Below, piece after piece: positions 60,153-64,000 of a stretch of DNA of 64,000 nt. The stretch is from Candidatus Bilamarchaeaceae archaeon (GTDB taxonomy: Archaea > Micrarchaeota > Micrarchaeia > Anstonellales > Bilamarchaeaceae). The position numbers and the translations under genes are program-made. The first letter of the stretch is position 1. Each line of letters opens with the position of its first letter. Below the pieces are notes generated by a model, which was not told the DNA's origin, did not search any database, and was given only the letters and a program-made list of their open reading frames with translations. The stretch is taken from the NCBI GenBank assembly GCA_038851325.1, contig JAWCKZ010000002.1, positions 58,902 through 122,901 of the forward strand. Direction: 5' to 3'.

Positions 60153-63100
60153 TTATGCTGCAGCCATGTAAGCCCATGTATGTTTGTTTATCTTATCTGA
60201 GTATATCGTAGCTCCGCATCTGCATCTTTCCCCTCTCATGTGCGGCGTGCCGCATCTGGCGCACCAGACATGAGAGCCTGCCTTATGCGGTGTAGCTGCT
60301 CTCCATAGTCCATCCTTTATCTGCGTTGCCATGTCTGCAATTCTGACATCCCATGATGCGCTTACGCCATACTTTCTCTTCTCTGCGTATCTTCCGACTG
60401 CGTCCCTTATTGTCATGGATGTGGGGAACGCTGGAAGTGGCATGTGCCATGCGAACATGAATGGGTTGAACCAGCCATAGATTGGGTTTTGTGCTATCCC
60501 AAAGTGTCTTATCTCTTGATCAAATTTCATTGCAAGAGCCTCTGCAGCAACTGTTCTTCTTATTGTTGACCTCATAGCTTGTTCCTGTATTTCCCTGTCT
60601 GCAATATATGCTGCATCCCTGTTTCTCCATAGATAGCTTGCCAGTGCTTCGTCTAGCTTAAGTTCATATCTGTGCGTATAGTAGCTTGCACCTGGATTGG
60701 CTTCTCCCACCCTAGCATACGCATACACGCCTGTCCTTCTGAAGAAGAAGTCAGACGGGCTCTGTCTAAGACCACCCATTATCTCTGCCCCTGCTGTGTG
60801 GCGCTGCTCTGCGGTTGTTTGCCAGGTCTTTAGTTTTGCTAGTTTTCCATTTCCAACAATAAGGTGAAGAGGTGCACTCATCATTTCACGAAGTCTCGGC
60901 TCTGTGTATCTAAATGGTTCGTATGAGTCTGCAAGGTTGTCCCATCTAGATGGTGAACCATGCGCAGCAACCTGGAAGCTTCTGAACATGTTCACGAACG
61001 GTTTATGTACCTTACTAGCAAGGTCCATAGGCCATCCATAGAGCGCGTAGAACCCTGCCCATTCCCCACCGGTCATTGTTGCTCTAACATACTCCTTAAT
61101 ACCACCAAGAAGGTGTCCAGGTCCGTGGTGGAAAAAGTGCTCTGTGACCTGCAGCAAACCTTGCGAAGCTGTTGTTCTAACACCTCTGTCTATGCACCAC
61201 TCCCAAGCATGGTGGTAAGGGAAGTGAGTTGCCACAACATTCCGATAAGCGCTTTTTTCAGCAGCACTCATATCCTTCCAATCCTCCCATTTCTTCGTGT
61301 AGAAGTTCGCGGCGAGTCTGTATGAGTGTTGTCTCAAATACTCTGTTTGTGGTACTATGTCATAAGATGCATCAAACACCGGCCCTGCACCCATAAGCGT
61401 TGTTTTTACTGCATAGGCGCCAAGGTCGGTCTTAAGATTCCTCCATGCAGTCATTAGCCATCTTGCTTTCTCGTTTTCATTCATTCCAAGCATTCTAAAC
61501 GTTTGTGGGGCGATTTCCGTCACTTCTCTAACTGGCTTTATCTCAAGCGCAGTATCTCTCCAGTACTTCTGGTAGTCAGACGTACTTCTTCCATGTTGCA
61601 TCACAAGTGCTGCGAATATCTTTTCCCTCTCATAGTCGTACCCGTTCTCTCCCTTCCATTTCTTTACGGCATTTATGAAAACATCCCAATCTGCACCTGG
61701 TCCCTTTTCTTTTAGTTTACTGAATTCAGCCTGAAGGTCAGGTCTTCCCTTGAACTGTATAACAACATCCTCTGGAACAAACTTTCTCCACTGCCCTTTA
61801 TTGTCCCTCAGGGCAACGTCCCCATAAACCTTATCTGCTATACTAAGCGGCATTCCTTTTCTGTAGTATGCGAAGTCGCCTTCATAGAGTTGCACAAGTG
61901 GTCTTGAAGAAGTTAAGATGTCATCAAATGTTACCCCTTTCTTTAGTTCTGCCATAAATTCCTTTTTGTATTTCTGTACTATTTCTTCCCTGAAAATCTT
62001 GAGTTGTCCTACATCTGATGTACTCATGGCCTTTACACGATTTAGGTCTGGGTGATTCTCAAGCAACCCTTTGTCCTTCATTGCCTTTTCATAAAAGCCA
62101 AGCAATATCCCCACGTAGAAGTTTGCTCTTTCTCCGAATTTTCCATAGGCGTCTGGAGCAAACTGTGAATTAAACCTCTGCTCGCAGTCTTGTCTAATCT
62201 GCTCTAGCACCCACTCCCTCTTTGCGTTGTATGTCCTCTCCTCGACGCTCCACTTAGCTGAGCCTGGTCTTCTGTTGAGCTCTGCCTCTATCGATGCCTT
62301 GTAGGGTGAGATGTTAGATCTTGTGAATCTTGATTCCACCCACTGAGCTATTGCATATCCTTCTGCTGGTTTGAGCTCGCCAACCCATGGTCTTTTCATA
62401 TCAAGTTTAAACCACTCCTTCGCAGGTCCTACCTCCTTTGGTTCTCCGAAACACGCTACCCTTCCAAGTCGGTCCTCCTTCAATTTCTCAAAATCCTTTG
62501 GAACTCTTCCGATACCGTAGAGCATGTCTATTATCTGTTTTACAGAAGCAGACTCTGCCGGTCCATTTATACTCTTCGCAAGCGCTTTCTTTCCTGCATC
62601 TGTCATGAGTGCAAGGAGCATTGCTTTGTTGCTAGCTTCTATCTTTTTAAGCTCTGAGATGTTTGCTCTTATGAATTCTGGCAACTCGTTCGGGTTACTT
62701 GTAGGAATAAGACCAGTTACCCTGTTTCTTACTTCCAGGACTGTCCTCCATAGCGCCTCCTTAAGCCCTCCTTTCATATAACCATTTTCAGCATCCCACA
62801 GCAAGGTTCTAAGGACAGCTGTCTCCCAGATATCGCTGCCGCAAATAGAAGAGCGTCCAACTACTGTGTAGAATTTATCTGTTATCAATGCCTTGTTAAC
62901 TGCGGCCGCTGGGACTGTTTTCTCGTGCTCTGCGAGTATCTCGCGCAGCATAAGGTATTTTATGTATCCATCTTCCTTTCCATACATTTTGTCTATCTCG
63001 TTAAGCCTTTCGTTGAATTTAAAAAGCGAAGTATCTATGACTGCACCATGCGCTTTTGCAAGTGCTATGAGCGCAGCAAGCTTATCATCAAGCGTTCCTT

Positions 63101-64000
63101 TACCCGTTAATATTGTTCTGAGTTCCTTTTCAATCGCTTCTATCTTTGCAGCTGCCTTGCTGTAACCGGACTTGTCGAGTATGTTAACATCTTTGATGCA
63201 CAATCCCAGCAGATCTTCCTCTGTTAGCGCGAAGTTAACACCAAGGGCTTTGTAGAGTTGTTTCATAACATACTTTATTTCATCCCTTTTGATCTCCTCT
63301 TTGATCATCTCGTACGCAGCGCTCATCTTCTCGTGTATCGCCACCTTTTGACCAAGTGGCATTCCAACAGGCGGTTTCTTAAGTTCCTTCGCAGCCCATG
63401 CCGCAAGCGTAGAGACCTTTCCTTTTTCCTCAAGCTTCTCTAGCGCTCTTGGTCCACCTACAAGTTCCATTGTTGTGCGTGCAACCCCTCTCGCTAATGT
63501 TGGGGCTTGTCTTACCATTTCCTTTGTTCCTCTAGCAAGCCATCTGCTACTTCTCACCATGGATTCGTATGAGCTCATTACAAGAGCGCTGTAAACAGTG
63601 TATCTATTTGAGCCAACGAATTTTGCAAGTCCGTTCTGCAATTTAGCATGCCACTTGCTTTTTACTCCTGGGGCCGGATGTCCTGAAAGAACATCCATTG
63701 TCTCAAGTGCTTTTTTAGTTAAAATATAATCTTTGATGTAGCCAGCCATCACTTCTTCTCTTCCACCCTTTGCTTTCATCGCAGAGAGTATCTGTTCTAC
63801 TGCTTTTGCTTCGATTTCTCCGTGTGCTGACAGAGGCTTCTTGAGAACTGTGGCGAGCGCCTCTTTTTGGCCTGTCGCAGCTGCGCCATAGGCGAGCGCT
63901 TCCATTACGACGCTATCCTCCTTGCTCATCTTTGTGGCCAGTTTTCTTATTCCTGCGGCAGCCATCTGCCCAGTAGTTGTGTACCCTATCTTCTCCTTAA
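60153..64000 (-). CDS. Very large hypothetical protein (5' end beyond window) with C-terminal zinc ribbon
   Basis: Frame open to the window edge (more than 1280 aa); ends CARCGTPHMRGERCRCG; co-oriented with the two downstream surface-protein genes. Confidence 0.8.
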   Translation of the reverse strand, partial: KEKIGYTTTGQMAAAGIRKLATKMSKEDSVVMEALAYGAAATGQKEALATVLKKPLSAHGEIEAKAVEQILSAMKAKGGREEVMAGYIKDYILTKKALETMDVLSGHPAPGVKSKWHAKLQNGLAKFVGSNRYTVYSALVMSSYESMVRSSRWLARGTKEMVRQAPTLARGVARTTMELVGGPRALEKLEEKGKVSTLAAWAAKELKKPPVGMPLGQKVAIHEKMSAAYEMIKEEIKRDEIKYVMKQLYKALGVNFALTEEDLLGLCIKDVNILDKSGYSKAAAKIEAIEKELRTILTGKGTLDDKLAALIALAKAHGAVIDTSLFKFNERLNEIDKMYGKEDGYIKYLMLREILAEHEKTVPAAAVNKALITDKFYTVVGRSSICGSDIWETAVLRTLLWDAENGYMKGGLKEALWRTVLEVRNRVTGLIPTSNPNELPEFIRANISELKKIEASNKAMLLALMTDAGKKALAKSINGPAESASVKQIIDMLYGIGRVPKDFEKLKEDRLGRVACFGEPKEVGPAKEWFKLDMKRPWVGELKPAEGYAIAQWVESRFTRSNISPYKASIEAELNRRPGSAKWSVEERTYNAKREWVLEQIRQDCEQRFNSQFAPDAYGKFGERANFYVGILLGFYEKAMKDKGLLENHPDLNRVKAMSTSDVGQLKIFREEIVQKYKKEFMAELKKGVTFDDILTSSRPLVQLYEGDFAYYRKGMPLSIADKVYGDVALRDNKGQWRKFVPEDVVIQFKGRPDLQAEFSKLKEKGPGADWDVFINAVKKWKGENGYDYEREKIFAALVMQHGRSTSDYQKYWRDTALEIKPVREVTEIAPQTFRMLGMNENEKARWLMTAWRNLKTDLGAYAVKTTLMGAGPVFDASYDIVPQTEYLRQHSYRLAANFYTKKWEDWKDMSAAEKSAYRNVVATHFPYHHAWEWCIDRGVRTTASQGLLQVTEHFFHHGPGHLLGGIKEYVRATMTGGEWAGFYALYGWPMDLASKVHKPFVNMFRSFQVAAHGSPSRWDNLADSYEPFRYTEPRLREMMSAPLHLIVGNGKLAKLKTWQTTAEQRHTAGAEIMGGLRQSPSDFFFRRTGVYAYARVGEANPGASYYTHRYELKLDEALASYLWRNRDAAYIADREIQEQAMRSTIRRTVAAEALAMKFDQEIRHFGIAQNPIYGWFNPFMFAWHMPLPAFPTSMTIRDAVGRYAEKRKYGVSASWDVRIADMATQIKDGLWRAATPHKAGSHVWCARCGTPHMRGERCRCGATIYSDKINKHTWAYMAAA

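Overview
Archaeal chromosomal window, gene-dense, with no CRISPR array, transposase or integrase recognised. Archaeal markers include rps12-rps7-EF-2, S3ae/S15, aRF1, NAC, SBDS, fibrillarin, Rpp21, Trm1, TruD, ThiI, Bud32, CDC48, RPA, a short XPF and ether-lipid genes (mvk, fni, a polyprenyl synthase, a DGGGP-synthase-like UbiA). A DPANN, probably Micrarchaeota-like, origin is inferred, not shown, from the multi-intron tRNA, GGTGA/GGTGG ribosome-binding motifs and Cys-rich surface proteins. RNA features read directly from the sequence: a C/D box sRNA whose guides match the 16S C1402 region and the 16S 3' tail; tRNA-His(GUG) with a 235-nt repeat-built intron and flanking 17-bp palindromic direct repeats; tRNA-Lys(UUU) with three introns; and a long structured rps12 leader. 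The most unusual protein content is a dispersed set of genes whose chemistry is typically bacterial: a lipoprotein with a lytic transglycosylase (SLT) domain among giant surface-protein genes, a hydrolase-dead RelA/SpoT synthetase, a GAF-GGDEF cyclase and an ankyrin protein. Together they may form a bacteria-directed interaction or effector system (hypothesis). Also noted are a LipA-like radical SAM enzyme lacking its auxiliary cluster ligands and two or three genes that appear to start at near-cognate codons (CTG, ACG, possibly ATC). All calls come from motif recognition by eye; no searches were run.
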